64,000 nt of DNA from a virus (Duplodnaviria; Caudoviricetes), in IMG/VR virus record IMGVR_UViG_3300032007_000069, positions 1 through 64,000 of that record. The stretch is one strand, 5' to 3'. Below, in pieces: positions 38,524 through 47,828 of the stretch; the first letter of the stretch is position 1; the number at the start of each line of letters is the position of its first letter. A program made the position numbers and the translations under genes. The notes beneath the pieces were generated by a model. The model had not been told where the DNA came from. It made no database searches and saw only the letters and a program-made list of their open reading frames with translations.

Positions 38524-38925
38524 ATGGAATGGACGACTGAACAGCAATCCAAGCAGCTCATCGAAATCGGTGTGCCTGTGGTGACTTATGACGAAATGGT
38601 AGGTAATGTGCCGAGGTGGTCGTTCACCACGCTCATGCAGATGCTCCCGGCCACGATCTGGCACGAAGACAAGAAGTATCGCCTCTATATGTGCAAGTCC
38701 GGCTCTGGCAGCTACACGTTGTGGTATCGTCCGCTCCATGGCGGCGAGAGCCTAATGACGCTTGTTGACAGGTCTCTGACGAACCTTGCGTACAGAACCA
38801 TCCTCAAGCTGAAGGAAGGTGACTATGTGAAGATAGTTGGCTGGCCTCGCCTGCTCAACCTATCGAAGGAAATGAATAAGGCATACAAGGCAGCAGCCAT
38901 GTTGAAGAAGGAGGAGGAAGAGTAG
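38524..38925 (+). CDS. Hypothetical protein
   Basis: Operonic ORF from ATG 38524. Confidence 0.65.
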   Translation: MEWTTEQQSKQLIEIGVPVVTYDEMVGNVPRWSFTTLMQMLPATIWHEDKKYRLYMCKSGSGSYTLWYRPLHGGESLMTLVDRSLTNLAYRTILKLKEGDYVKIVGWPRLLNLSKEMNKAYKAAAMLKKEEEE

Positions 38926-38926
38926 T

Positions 38927-39130
38927 ATGGTAAACGAAGAACCGAGAGTGCCGCCTACGGCAAGATACAGCATAGGTGAGGCAGCGCAGATACTTGGTGT
39001 TCACCGGAACACTCTGCGCAGACACACGAACACTGGTCCTACGGGCATCAGTTGCAGCTATCGGAAGTCGAACAACCGCAAGTTCTACACGGGCTTGGAT
39101 ATAGTGAAGTTCTGGAGGGCAAGCGTATGA
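38927..39130 (+). CDS. Excisionase-like MerR/HTH_17 DNA-binding protein
   Basis: YSIGEAAQILGVHRNTLRR...KFYTGLDI winged-HTH pattern; near int. Confidence 0.75.
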   Translation: MVNEEPRVPPTARYSIGEAAQILGVHRNTLRRHTNTGPTGISCSYRKSNNRKFYTGLDIVKFWRASV

Positions 39131-39132
39131 GG

Positions 39133-39444
39133 TCAGGAACGGGGCTTGTTCTTCCTTACCATCCTTGGCGGTACGTTGGTGCCATCCTGGAACACTGCCC
39201 CCTCGCCTGTCAGCAGCCACAGCGCGGACACGTTGTGGTGTTTAGGGAGGAGCGCGAGCACTTCGGGTTTCAGAACGGTGTTCGTCGGCTTCTCCTTAAT
39301 ATGCTGGAGGTTGCGCCTGTTGAGCTTGTGGTCGGACGTGAAGGACTGCAGCCCTCGGAAGTGACCAGCCTCGGTCAGTATCTCGATGGCCTTGAAGAAC
39401 CTCTCTGTGATTGCCACACCCTCTGGCGATATGCGCATAGCCAT
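39133..39444 (-). CDS. HTH-like protein co-transcribed with the repressor
   Basis: SALWLLTGEG motif typical of XRE-related phage proteins. Confidence 0.6.
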   Translation of the reverse strand: MAMRISPEGVAITERFFKAIEILTEAGHFRGLQSFTSDHKLNRRNLQHIKEKPTNTVLKPEVLALLPKHHNVSALWLLTGEGAVFQDGTNVPPRMVRKNKPRS

Positions 39445-39446
39445 AG

Positions 39447-39833
39447 TCAGTCGAATTTGCTTTCAAGGAGGGTGATCAGTCTCTCCAGATTTTGGGCATT
39501 GAGCTTGTTCGCCTCAGCGTTCATGAGGTTCGCATCAGCGTTCTTTTTGCCGAGCTGTATGAACTCGCCCATCATCTTCACCATAGCGAGCATGTTGCCA
39601 TCATTAGGATATTCTAATGGCGGCACGTCGCTGAGCATGTCACCTTCACCTGTCTTGAGCCATGTGAGGTTCAGCTCCGGGAAGCCCTTCCCGATGAGAG
39701 AGAGGGTTCCATCGGTGATGTTGTCATTCACCTTGCTACAGAAGCCGTTGGAGAGTCCGCAGATTCTCTCAAATGCCGATGGCTTCATCTTTTTGGCGGC
39801 TAAGAAGTCGTATAGCCTGTCTTTTACTCCCAT
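39447..39833 (-). CDS. CI-like repressor (XRE HTH)
   Basis: FERICGLSNGF...FPELNLTWLKTGEG; divergent from a cro-like gene. Confidence 0.75.
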   Translation of the reverse strand: MGVKDRLYDFLAAKKMKPSAFERICGLSNGFCSKVNDNITDGTLSLIGKGFPELNLTWLKTGEGDMLSDVPPLEYPNDGNMLAMVKMMGEFIQLGKKNADANLMNAEANKLNAQNLERLITLLESKFD

Positions 39834-39946
39834 AATGTTAAAAATTGTTGCAAAATAGCATTTTCTACGGATATTCTTAGGATATTCCGAAAATTATGGC
39901 TACCTTTGCACTATCATTTAATAAAAACAATGCAAAATTAGCAAAA
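39834..39946. promoter_or_regulatory. Lysis-lysogeny switch with divergent promoters and GGATATTC repeats
   Basis: Plus-strand TACCTTTG at 39901-39908; minus-strand TAATTTTG at 39933-39940; GGATATTC occurs twice. Confidence 0.65.
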
Positions 39947-40195
39947 ATGTTTGAAAGTAAAGCAGAAAATCAAGAAAAAGTGCAAAAATTGACCCTCAAG
40001 GGCTATTATTTGCAAATTCCCGATGCAGTCCATCCTAAGACTGACTTCGTGAATGAGATTGCGATGGAGGCTGGAGTATCAGTTGCGACGGTTCGCAACT
40101 GGGTCATTTACGGAATGAAGCCTCAGAACCGAAAGCACGTCGATATTCTTGTCCGAAAGACAGGTATTCCAGCAGACGAATTATGGGAGGATTGA
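39947..40195 (+). CDS. Cro-like HTH protein
   Basis: IAMEAGVSVATVRNW HTH; start set downstream of the promoter. Confidence 0.7.
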   Translation: MFESKAENQEKVQKLTLKGYYLQIPDAVHPKTDFVNEIAMEAGVSVATVRNWVIYGMKPQNRKHVDILVRKTGIPADELWED

Positions 40196-40740
40196 TGATG
40201 AACGGGATAGAGTTCTATACGATTGACAGCGAGGTATGGTTTCTCACCTCTGACGGCAAGAACGAGCGTCTTGACGAGACACAGGATGAGGTTGTTGCCA
40301 TGCTGATCGAGCGTATGATGGAATGCTACCCAGAGGCTTACAAAGCCCTCTCGAAGTTCTATGCTAAGAGTGCGATGAACGTGCACTACTACCGCTTCTT
40401 GATTGCCCGTCGTTTCTGCAAGTGCAACTTCGGCAAGCTTGACACAGCCGAGATTGACTGCAACACGACGTTCCGCTTCGAGAAGGTGAGCTGCCCCCTC
40501 AGAGGTGAATGTCCCTTGGAGGGGGTTGTCTGTATGCCTAAGTTCAACAGCCAGCTTTCCAAGAAGGAACTGGACGTGATGCGTCTGGTCTATGAAGGAT
40601 GCAGCAACGATGAGATAGCCGACAGGCTGTACCTCTCACCCTTCACGGTGAAGAACCACATCAAGTCTGTGTATGCGAAGCTTGGCATCCATGAGAAGAG
40701 TGAGTTCATCCAGTATGCTAACAAGAACAAAGTGTTTTAG
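40195..40740 (+). CDS. Regulator with a C-terminal LuxR-type HTH
   Basis: LSKKELDVMRLVYEGCSNDEIADRLYLSPFTVKNHIKSVYAKLG. Confidence 0.85.
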   Translation: MMNGIEFYTIDSEVWFLTSDGKNERLDETQDEVVAMLIERMMECYPEAYKALSKFYAKSAMNVHYYRFLIARRFCKCNFGKLDTAEIDCNTTFRFEKVSCPLRGECPLEGVVCMPKFNSQLSKKELDVMRLVYEGCSNDEIADRLYLSPFTVKNHIKSVYAKLGIHEKSEFIQYANKNKVF

Positions 40741-40776
40741 TTTTCTATATGTTTAATTCGTTAAATTCAAAGAGCA

Positions 40777-41721
40777 ATGAGTTTATTTAAGAAACCGAGC
40801 GAACTTGAGTTCGTAACGACCATTAAGATGCTTGTCTATGGTCAGCCTGGTATCGGTAAGAGTACCATGGCACTGAGTGCACCGAACCCCGTCCTGTTTG
40901 ACTTCGACGGAGGTGTACAGCGTGTAAACGTAGCGTTCCAGTGTCCTACGCTGCAAGTGAAGAGTTGGGAAGAGGCCCTGCAGGCTCTCGAAGAGCTGAA
41001 GAGCGGTGAGGTTCCCTGCAACACCATCGTTATCGACACAGCCGGCAAGATGCTGGACTACATGTCAGATTTCATCATGCGCAACGACTCAAAGATGCGT
41101 ATGCGTGACGGTTCCCTCAGTCTGAAAGGCTACGGAGCGAGAAAGGTGATGTTCCAGAACTTCCTCAGAGAGGTGGCCATGATGGGCAAGAACATCGTCT
41201 TCGTAGCGCACGAGCGAGAGGAGAAGGATGGTGAGACGAAGATCGTCCGTCCCGAGATTGGCGGTTCATCCGCTGGCGACCTCATGAAGGAACTGGACCT
41301 TGTTGGTTATGTGCAGGCTGTAGGCTCTGACAGAACCGTGTATTGGACTCCACAGGAGAAGTTCTATGCGAAGAACACCTGCAACCTGCCTGCATGGCAG
41401 AAGATACCTGTCATTGTAGATGAGAAGGGTAACGTGACACAGGTCAACGACACCCTGCAGAAGGTGTTCGGCTATTACGAGGCCAACGTGAAGAAGATTG
41501 AAGAGACCCGCAAGCGCTACAATGAGCTGCTTGAGGAAATCGAGATGGCCATCGAGAACATCACCGATGCCAAGTCGGCTAACGAGTTTGCGAAGAGCAT
41601 TGCCGAAGCAGAGATTATCTGGGACAGCAAGGTTCGTGCCCGTGAGCTGTTCAAGGGCAAGGTCGAGCAACTGAAGCTGAAGTGGAACGCTAAGTCAAAG
41701 ACTTATGAAGATGCAGCCTAA
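40777..41721 (+). CDS. Sak4-like AAA_24 ATPase (recombinase)
   Basis: YGQPGIGKST Walker A, IVIDT Walker B, VFVAHE. Confidence 0.8.
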   Translation: MSLFKKPSELEFVTTIKMLVYGQPGIGKSTMALSAPNPVLFDFDGGVQRVNVAFQCPTLQVKSWEEALQALEELKSGEVPCNTIVIDTAGKMLDYMSDFIMRNDSKMRMRDGSLSLKGYGARKVMFQNFLREVAMMGKNIVFVAHEREEKDGETKIVRPEIGGSSAGDLMKELDLVGYVQAVGSDRTVYWTPQEKFYAKNTCNLPAWQKIPVIVDEKGNVTQVNDTLQKVFGYYEANVKKIEETRKRYNELLEEIEMAIENITDAKSANEFAKSIAEAEIIWDSKVRARELFKGKVEQLKLKWNAKSKTYEDAA

Positions 41722-42667
41722 CTATGCTTTTTCTCCATCCCTGTTGGATGCTTTCCAGCGCATGGTCGATACGAAGGTAGAGGAGTTCTTCTATCAAGAC
41801 GAGACAGGCGCATGGCATCTGAACTGGAATGAGACAGAAGAGACGCTCCACTACTCCGAGGAGGAAGTGGACGCTCTTCTGAAGCAGGAGTTCCTTGACA
41901 AGTTGAACAAGGTGCCCATGCCTCCATCCGAGGCAGCAAGCAAGGGCACTGCGTTCAACGAGATACTTGATTGCCTGGTCAAGAAGTGCAAGCCGACGAA
42001 CCCTGCCATCATCATCAAGACGGTGCGCAGTGGCGAAGATCTGTTTGACGCTCGCTTGAAGAAAGCCATGTATGAGGCTGACTGCTTGGGCAAGAATATC
42101 ATCCCAGAGGAAATGAAGCCTGACGAGAGCATAGCGGAGTTCAATAAGATTGGCATTCCGTTCATCTATGTGGCTTTGGACGGCTTCGAGTTCTTCTTCG
42201 ACAAGAACTTCTGCATCGAGGCAGCGGAGTACTTCAAAGGCTCCATCTGCCAGTACTACACGAAGGGTATGATTGAGACCTCTAAGGGTGTTGTGGAGTT
42301 GCACGGCTATATCGACTACCTCAGAATGATGAAGGTGTTCGACTGCAAGACGACGAAGCGCTACACCTTTGGCGACTTTCAGAAGAAGTGGCAGAGGTAC
42401 ACATATCCGTTCACGCTCATCGAGTCCGGCATGATGAACGAGGTGAACTGCTTCGAGTTCACCATCTACGTCCTCAGCGGTGGCTCGTCTCGCTCACCCC
42501 TCATCACAGGAACGCAGTTCAAGGAGGTCTATACTTACGACCATGAGCAGGCAAGGATGATGCTCACGCAGCAGTGCGAGCGTCTGATTGAGTTCCTGGA
42601 GGCTAACAGAGATAAGATTACTAACATGAAAGTATTTGGTGAAGATGGCATTCCAGATAACAGGTAA
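41705..42667 (+). CDS. PD-(D/E)xK exonuclease (RecB/Cas4-like)
   Basis: LHGYIDYL...FDCKTT; paired with the Sak4-like gene. Confidence 0.65.
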   Translation: MKMQPNYAFSPSLLDAFQRMVDTKVEEFFYQDETGAWHLNWNETEETLHYSEEEVDALLKQEFLDKLNKVPMPPSEAASKGTAFNEILDCLVKKCKPTNPAIIIKTVRSGEDLFDARLKKAMYEADCLGKNIIPEEMKPDESIAEFNKIGIPFIYVALDGFEFFFDKNFCIEAAEYFKGSICQYYTKGMIETSKGVVELHGYIDYLRMMKVFDCKTTKRYTFGDFQKKWQRYTYPFTLIESGMMNEVNCFEFTIYVLSGGSSRSPLITGTQFKEVYTYDHEQARMMLTQQCERLIEFLEANRDKITNMKVFGEDGIPDNR

Positions 42668-43133
42668 GATAGAATTGATAGGCGAGATAGTATCAAAGCC
42701 GTCAAAGAACGGTGGCCAGCCGTTCCAAAGCAGGGAGTTCGTCCTTGATGCCACTCGTTTCAATCCAGAGACGGGCGAGCCGTGGGAGAACCATCCCAAG
42801 TTTGAGTTGAGCAGCCGGAACGTGAATATCACGGATGGCTTCCAAGTCGGTCAGAAGGTGACTGTTGACTTCTCGCTTCGAGGAGCGAAGTACACAGACC
42901 AGGCGACGGGAGAGACGAAGTACTTCACGTCCATCAATGCGTTCAAGATTACTCCTGCAGAGCAGCAGCAACAGCAGCAGACTCAGTATTCATCACAGAG
43001 CCAGCCCACGTTCCAGCAGCCTGCACAAGTCCCTCAGTACGCACAGGCTCCAAGCCAAGGTGCTCCGTTCCCTCCGCAAGTTGACGCTAATGGCGAACCT
43101 CTACCAGAGGGAGCCGATGATCTGCCGTTTTGA
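42645..43133 (+). CDS. Single-stranded DNA-binding protein (DUF3127-like)
   Basis: OB-fold-like N-terminus, Q/P-rich linker, acidic DDLPF tail. Confidence 0.8.
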   Translation: MAFQITGKIELIGEIVSKPSKNGGQPFQSREFVLDATRFNPETGEPWENHPKFELSSRNVNITDGFQVGQKVTVDFSLRGAKYTDQATGETKYFTSINAFKITPAEQQQQQQTQYSSQSQPTFQQPAQVPQYAQAPSQGAPFPPQVDANGEPLPEGADDLPF

Positions 43134-43134
43134 T

Positions 43135-43362
43135 ATGGAAAAGGAGAAGCCTACACAGAAGAGCATGATTCTTGCTCATCTGAAGAGTTTTGGAAGCATC
43201 GAGCCGTTACAGGCCTTGCGTGAGTATGGTTGCTATGCCCTGGCACAAAGGATAAAAGACCTTCGTAACGAAGGGCATGACATCATTACTGAGACCATCA
43301 CCTCTACGAGCCGCATCACAGGTCGGCCAGTTCACTTTGCCAACTATATCCTCCGAAGCTGA
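43135..43362 (+). CDS. Small winged-HTH protein (HTH_39-like)
   Basis: ILAHLKSFGSIEPLQALREYGCYALAQRIKDLRNEG. Confidence 0.7.
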   Translation: MEKEKPTQKSMILAHLKSFGSIEPLQALREYGCYALAQRIKDLRNEGHDIITETITSTSRITGRPVHFANYILRS

Positions 43363-43817
43363 TGGCATTGTTCAACCTCCATAATGAGTATGAGCGACAG
43401 CAGTTCAAGGAGTACTGCAACAAGGTCTATGAGGAGTGTATCAAGGCACCCCTCGGCCTTGTTGAGGTAAAGAAGAAGCACAGACAGCGTTCTGACTCGC
43501 AGAACAGGTATCTCCATGTATGCCTCGGTTACTTCGCATCAGAGTTCGGCTATTCGCTGGAGGAGGTCAAGCAGGACATTTTCAAGCGTAAGCTGAACAA
43601 GGACATCTTCGAGGTCGAGAGAGTGAACAGGCGCGGACAGAAGGTGAAGCGTCTCAGAAGCACAAGAGACCTCGACACGCTGGAGCTGACGAATGCTCTG
43701 GAGAGGTTCCGGAACTGGTCGAGTGCAGTCGCAGGTCTCTACATTCCCAACCCGAATGAGACTGAGGCCCTGTTTGCGGCACAGAAGCAGATGGAAGAGT
43801 ACGAGCAGTATTTGTAA
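43362..43817 (+). CDS. NinB-like recombination accessory protein
   Basis: RQRSDSQNRYLH and RSTRDLDT motifs. Confidence 0.55.
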   Translation: MALFNLHNEYERQQFKEYCNKVYEECIKAPLGLVEVKKKHRQRSDSQNRYLHVCLGYFASEFGYSLEEVKQDIFKRKLNKDIFEVERVNRRGQKVKRLRSTRDLDTLELTNALERFRNWSSAVAGLYIPNPNETEALFAAQKQMEEYEQYL

Positions 43818-43835
43818 CCAAAATAAGTAACTAAA

Positions 43836-44093
43836 ATGAAGAAATTTAGCAGACAAGAAATTGAGACCAAGGTCAACGAAGTGTTGGTTGACAAGTTGGG
43901 TGTCAGCGAGAGTGAGGTAAGACCGGAAGCCAAGTTGGAAGACGATTTCGGTGCAGACTCCCTCGATGCTGTGGAAATCGTGATGGAACTGGAGAGAGAG
44001 TTCGGTATCTCTATCTCCGATGAGGAACTGGGCGGTGTGACCTCCTGTAAGGTCAGCGACGTCTATGACCTCGTGGAAAGACTACAGAAGTAA
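43836..44093 (+). CDS. acpP: Acyl carrier protein
   Basis: DDFGADSLDAVEIVMELEREFGISISDE retains the phosphopantetheine Ser. Confidence 0.9.
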   Translation: MKKFSRQEIETKVNEVLVDKLGVSESEVRPEAKLEDDFGADSLDAVEIVMELEREFGISISDEELGGVTSCKVSDVYDLVERLQK

Positions 44094-44106
44094 AACCAAT
44101 AGAATT

Positions 44107-44553
44107 ATGAGATTTATGAACGAAGTAAGGTTAGATTTAGTGCAGTACGACGATTTGAACAATCGCATCCGTACTAAGACTGAGAGAATCAATGCCCTGG
44201 AGTAGGAGTTGTCGAAGCAGAAGGAAGACCATGAAGCCGAGATAGACAAGCTCGTAAAGGAGGGTAAGGTAAGAGTGGTGACGAAGACACGTCCGTTCAG
44301 CTTCTTCGCCATCCTCGAAGGTCATGCTGAGCCGAGTGTTTCCTACAAGGGCTTTGATGAAATCAAGGCTGAGGTGGAGGAGCACTTCAAGCAAGGTCTG
44401 TTCAACGAGGAACTGGAGAAGGAGAAGCAGAACCAGCTTAACGGCCTCGTGAAGCAGATTGCCGAGAAGGACACAGCCATCAGCGACCTCAAGGCTGAGA
44501 TTGAGAGACTAAAGAGCCGTTCCCTGTGGGAGCGCATCATGAACAAGTTTTAA
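44107..44553 (+). pseudogene. Coiled-coil gene interrupted by an in-frame TAG at 44203-44205
   Basis: ATG 44107 frame reads ...ERINALE*ELSKQKEDHE... continuously to TAA at 44553. Confidence 0.6.
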
Positions 44554-44570
44554 CCCCTAATAGTTTAAGT

Positions 44571-45308
44571 ATGTATGCAGATTTGAAGGGTTATGTGCCC
44601 GAAAAGGTCGAGTTCGTTTTATCCGACCATGTGAAAGAGATTTTCCCTGCTGAGCTGGACTTCACCCAGATCGAGGGTCTGAAAATCAAGAATGCCAACG
44701 ATGCCATCAAGTTCGTCGGCAAGGAGTTTGTAGCCACCTTCCCAACAGGTGAGACGGTCATGCGTAAGCTGGATGAGTTCGAGGTGCGCAATATCCGAGA
44801 GGAGTATTGTGTGATGCAGGAGAACGAAGTCCCCAAGCGCAAGCTGAACCTCGAAGAGACACTGGAGGAAATCAAGGCGATGAAGAAGCGTGCCGAGCAG
44901 GCATACGACTCCATCCTCGCTGAGGTTGCCAAGTACGCTGCGGAGGTGAAGGCCGGCACCCGTGAGGTGCAGCTGTCATCGAAAGAGACCTTCTGTATCG
45001 CTCTCGCTGGCTACTATGCCATCTACACCTACGACAAGGTGCGCAAGGTGTTCGTGCTGGCAAAGGCTTTCGAGATTCACGACCACTCTGAGTTGTGGGC
45101 CAACGAGGAAGCCAACCGTGAAGCCATGCTGAAGTTCTTTGGTCTTGAGTTCCCAGAGACACCCAAGCCGGAGGAGAAGGAGCAGAACGAGAACACCGAC
45201 AACGAAGGTAACGACCTGCCTTTCGCAGGCGAGGAAGAGACCGAGCAAGATGCCGACGATGCCACCCAAGGCAGAGACCCTTGGGAGGAAGATGAAGACG
45301 AAGAGTAA
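44571..45308 (+). CDS. Hypothetical protein with an acidic tail
   Basis: ATG 44571 after an AT-rich spacer. Confidence 0.75.
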   Translation: MYADLKGYVPEKVEFVLSDHVKEIFPAELDFTQIEGLKIKNANDAIKFVGKEFVATFPTGETVMRKLDEFEVRNIREEYCVMQENEVPKRKLNLEETLEEIKAMKKRAEQAYDSILAEVAKYAAEVKAGTREVQLSSKETFCIALAGYYAIYTYDKVRKVFVLAKAFEIHDHSELWANEEANREAMLKFFGLEFPETPKPEEKEQNENTDNEGNDLPFAGEEETEQDADDATQGRDPWEEDEDEE

Positions 45309-45320
45309 GTAGTAACAATC

Positions 45321-45346
45321 GGGAGTGGGTAGCAATACCCATTCCC
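45321..45346 (+). other. 11-bp GCAA-loop hairpin before the helicase start
   Basis: GGGAGTGGGTA-GCAA-TACCCATTCCC; no clear T tract. Confidence 0.55.
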
Positions 45347-45358
45347 TTCCTAAGAGCA

Positions 45359-46534
45359 ATGAGATACCAATTAAGACCATATCAGAAGCAAGCCTCCGAT
45401 GCTGCAGTGGCCGCTTTCACCTCCAAGCAGGAAAGCAACGGCTTACTCATCCTGCCTACGGGTGCAGGCAAGAGTCTCGTGATAGCAGACATCGCCCATC
45501 GGCTCGAAGGCCCGCTTCTCATTCTACAGCCCTCTAAGGAGATCCTGGAGCAGAACTTCGCCAAACTACAATCCTACGGCATTTGGGATAGCTCGATATA
45601 CTCGGCCTCAGTGGGGTATAAGGAGATAAATCGCATCACCTTTGCCACCATCGGTAGCGTGATGAACCACATGGATGATTTTGCTCACTTCAAGAACGTG
45701 ATGATTGACGAGTGCCACTATGTCAACAGCAAGGGTGGCATGTATGAGGAGTTCATCCATGCGGTGCCGAGGAAGGTGGTAGGTCTGACAGCTACTCCAT
45801 ACAGGCTTGGCAGAGGCGCAGAGGGAATGTCTATGCTGAAGTTCCTCACGAGGACGAAGCCGAGGATATTCAGTCGTGTGCTGTACTGCTGCCAGATTTC
45901 AGAACTGCTGGCGAAGGGCTATCTTGCACAGCTGAGCTACTATGACCTCACGGCTATCAATCTCGAAATGGTGAAGAGCAACAGCACAGGTGCCGACTAT
46001 GACGAGAAGTCGCTGAAGGAAGAGTATGAGCGTAGCGGTTTCTATGACAAGCTGACCACGACCACGCTGAGAGTGCTGAAGCCTAAGAGCGGCATCCCTC
46101 GTAAGGGTGTGCTGGTGTTCACTCGCTTCACGGAGGAAGCCGACAACCTCGTTGAGAAGCTGATGGTGAAAGGCATCAGAGCAGCCATCGTGACAGGCGA
46201 GACTCCAAAGAGGGAGCGAGAGAATATGCTGGAAGACTTCAAGTCCGGCAAGATACAGGTCATTGCCAACGTCGGTGTGCTGACGACGGGCTTTGACTAT
46301 CCAGAGCTTGACACCATCATCCTTGGCAGACCCACGAAGTCGCTGGCATTGTACTATCAGATGGTAGGTCGTGCCATACGTCCGCATCAAGGCAAGGATG
46401 GATGGGTGATAGACTTGGGTGGAACTTACAGACGGTTTGGTGCCGTCGCAGATCTGAGAATTGACTGCCCTCCTGGTTCCTCGAAGTGGGCGGTGTATTC
46501 GAGAGGAAGACAATTAACGAACGTAAGTTTTTGA
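45359..46534 (+). CDS. Superfamily 2 helicase (DExH)
   Basis: PTGAGKS, IDECH, LTATP and QMVGRAIR motifs. Confidence 0.92.
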   Translation: MRYQLRPYQKQASDAAVAAFTSKQESNGLLILPTGAGKSLVIADIAHRLEGPLLILQPSKEILEQNFAKLQSYGIWDSSIYSASVGYKEINRITFATIGSVMNHMDDFAHFKNVMIDECHYVNSKGGMYEEFIHAVPRKVVGLTATPYRLGRGAEGMSMLKFLTRTKPRIFSRVLYCCQISELLAKGYLAQLSYYDLTAINLEMVKSNSTGADYDEKSLKEEYERSGFYDKLTTTTLRVLKPKSGIPRKGVLVFTRFTEEADNLVEKLMVKGIRAAIVTGETPKRERENMLEDFKSGKIQVIANVGVLTTGFDYPELDTIILGRPTKSLALYYQMVGRAIRPHQGKDGWVIDLGGTYRRFGAVADLRIDCPPGSSKWAVYSRGRQLTNVSF

Positions 46535-46540
46535 AGAAAT

Positions 46541-46795
46541 ATGGAAGTGCTAAAGTTATTCGACTACATTCAGAAAAGAGTGAACGGCAAGAGAAATGAC
46601 AGCATCGTTCAAGACCTTGTTGACGATATGGCGAGAGACAAGGAACTGAAAGGTAAGACTGGCGCGGAGATTGTCAGTCATATCCGCTGGAAAGCATGTA
46701 CAGGTGCCAGAGAGGCATTAGGTAAGTTCCTGCAGAGCTACAAGCAGTATTGCAAGGCTCACAACTATCTACCAGAACAAGTAAGCATGAGATAA
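46541..46795 (+). CDS. Hypothetical protein
   Basis: Operonic ORF. Confidence 0.65.
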   Translation: MEVLKLFDYIQKRVNGKRNDSIVQDLVDDMARDKELKGKTGAEIVSHIRWKACTGAREALGKFLQSYKQYCKAHNYLPEQVSMR

Positions 46796-46796
46796 T

Positions 46797-47129
46797 ATGA
46801 AGAGAATCTATATCAGCTTGCCCATCAGTGGCTACGACTATTCCGAAAGGAAGCAGCTTGCCCTATCAGTCCAACAGGAGTTGGAGAAAAGGGGCTATGA
46901 GGTGTTCAATCCCATGTTCAACGGACTTCCGAAGGACGCAACCACCAACGAGCACATGAGGGTCGATTTCAAGATGCTCTGTGAGTGTGACGAGATTATC
47001 ATGCTGCCTAAGTGGAACCATTCCGCTGGTTGTACGCAGGAGTTCAATGTGGCCGTGTCGATAGGTTGTGAGGTGAAGTTCCTTCTGTCGGTTGAGCCGT
47101 TCATCATGTTAGAGACTAAATTCAAGTGA
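46797..47129 (+). CDS. DUF4406 / nucleoside deoxyribosyltransferase-like protein
   Basis: RIYISLPISG...VFNP...LPKWNHSAGCTQE. Confidence 0.7.
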   Translation: MKRIYISLPISGYDYSERKQLALSVQQELEKRGYEVFNPMFNGLPKDATTNEHMRVDFKMLCECDEIIMLPKWNHSAGCTQEFNVAVSIGCEVKFLLSVEPFIMLETKFK

Positions 47130-47131
47130 GT

Positions 47132-47623
47132 ATGTTTCCATGGTACATGAAGAAGCGCAAGCAGAAGAAGTCGGAGCCAGATCTGTTTCCTGCGGCAAAG
47201 AAGACGAGAGCCAAGAAGCCTGTTGACCTCACCAAGAAGCTCGACAAGGTGTTCAGCGCATACATTCGTCTGAGGGATTCCATGCCCAACGGCTGTTTCC
47301 GTTGCATCAGTTGCGGACAGATAAAGAGGTTTGAGCAGGGCGATTGTGGTCACTATCATTCCAGAACCCACATGGCGACACGATGGGAGCCGGATAACTG
47401 CCACATGGAATGTCGCGGATGCAACAGAGCAAGTGCCGACCACCTCATAGGCTACCGCAGGAACTTGGTCGAGAAGATAGGTCTCGACAGAGTGAACAGG
47501 CTCGAAATGATGGCACACTCGCAGAAGCACTGGCTGGACTTCGAGCTGCAGGAGAAGATTGACTATTTCACCAGAGAAGTGAAGAGGTTGAGTGCAGAGA
47601 AAGGTATCAATGTCAAAATCTGA
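47132..47623 (+). CDS. ninG: NinG/Rap-like recombination endonuclease
   Basis: FSAYIRLRD, CISCG, DCGHYHSR and NCHMECRGCN. Confidence 0.85.
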   Translation: MFPWYMKKRKQKKSEPDLFPAAKKTRAKKPVDLTKKLDKVFSAYIRLRDSMPNGCFRCISCGQIKRFEQGDCGHYHSRTHMATRWEPDNCHMECRGCNRASADHLIGYRRNLVEKIGLDRVNRLEMMAHSQKHWLDFELQEKIDYFTREVKRLSAEKGINVKI

Positions 47624-47656
47624 AAAAATGTTAGCAGTCAGGCGATTTCTGCCGAA

Positions 47657-47815
47657 AATGTGCGTCTATCTCAAGCATTTTTGCTATCTTTGCATAGAAA
47701 TTAAGAGCATCTGCATAGTGACGTTTGCAGAGGACAATATAAGAAACAACAGGTTCCGTTCAGTGGCCGCTCTAATGTCACCTGCGCAAGCAGAGAGCAG
47801 TCCTGTCCGGAACCT
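47657..47815 (+). promoter_or_regulatory. Class B promoter plus a structured 5' leader of the replication gene
   Basis: TATCTTTG at 47685-47692; hairpin TCTGCA/TGCAGA; stems AGGTTCCG/CGGAACCT and GCTCT/AGAGC; CTGC-GCAA-GCAG hairpin. Confidence 0.6.
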
Positions 47816-47828
47816 ATTTTGATAGAAG

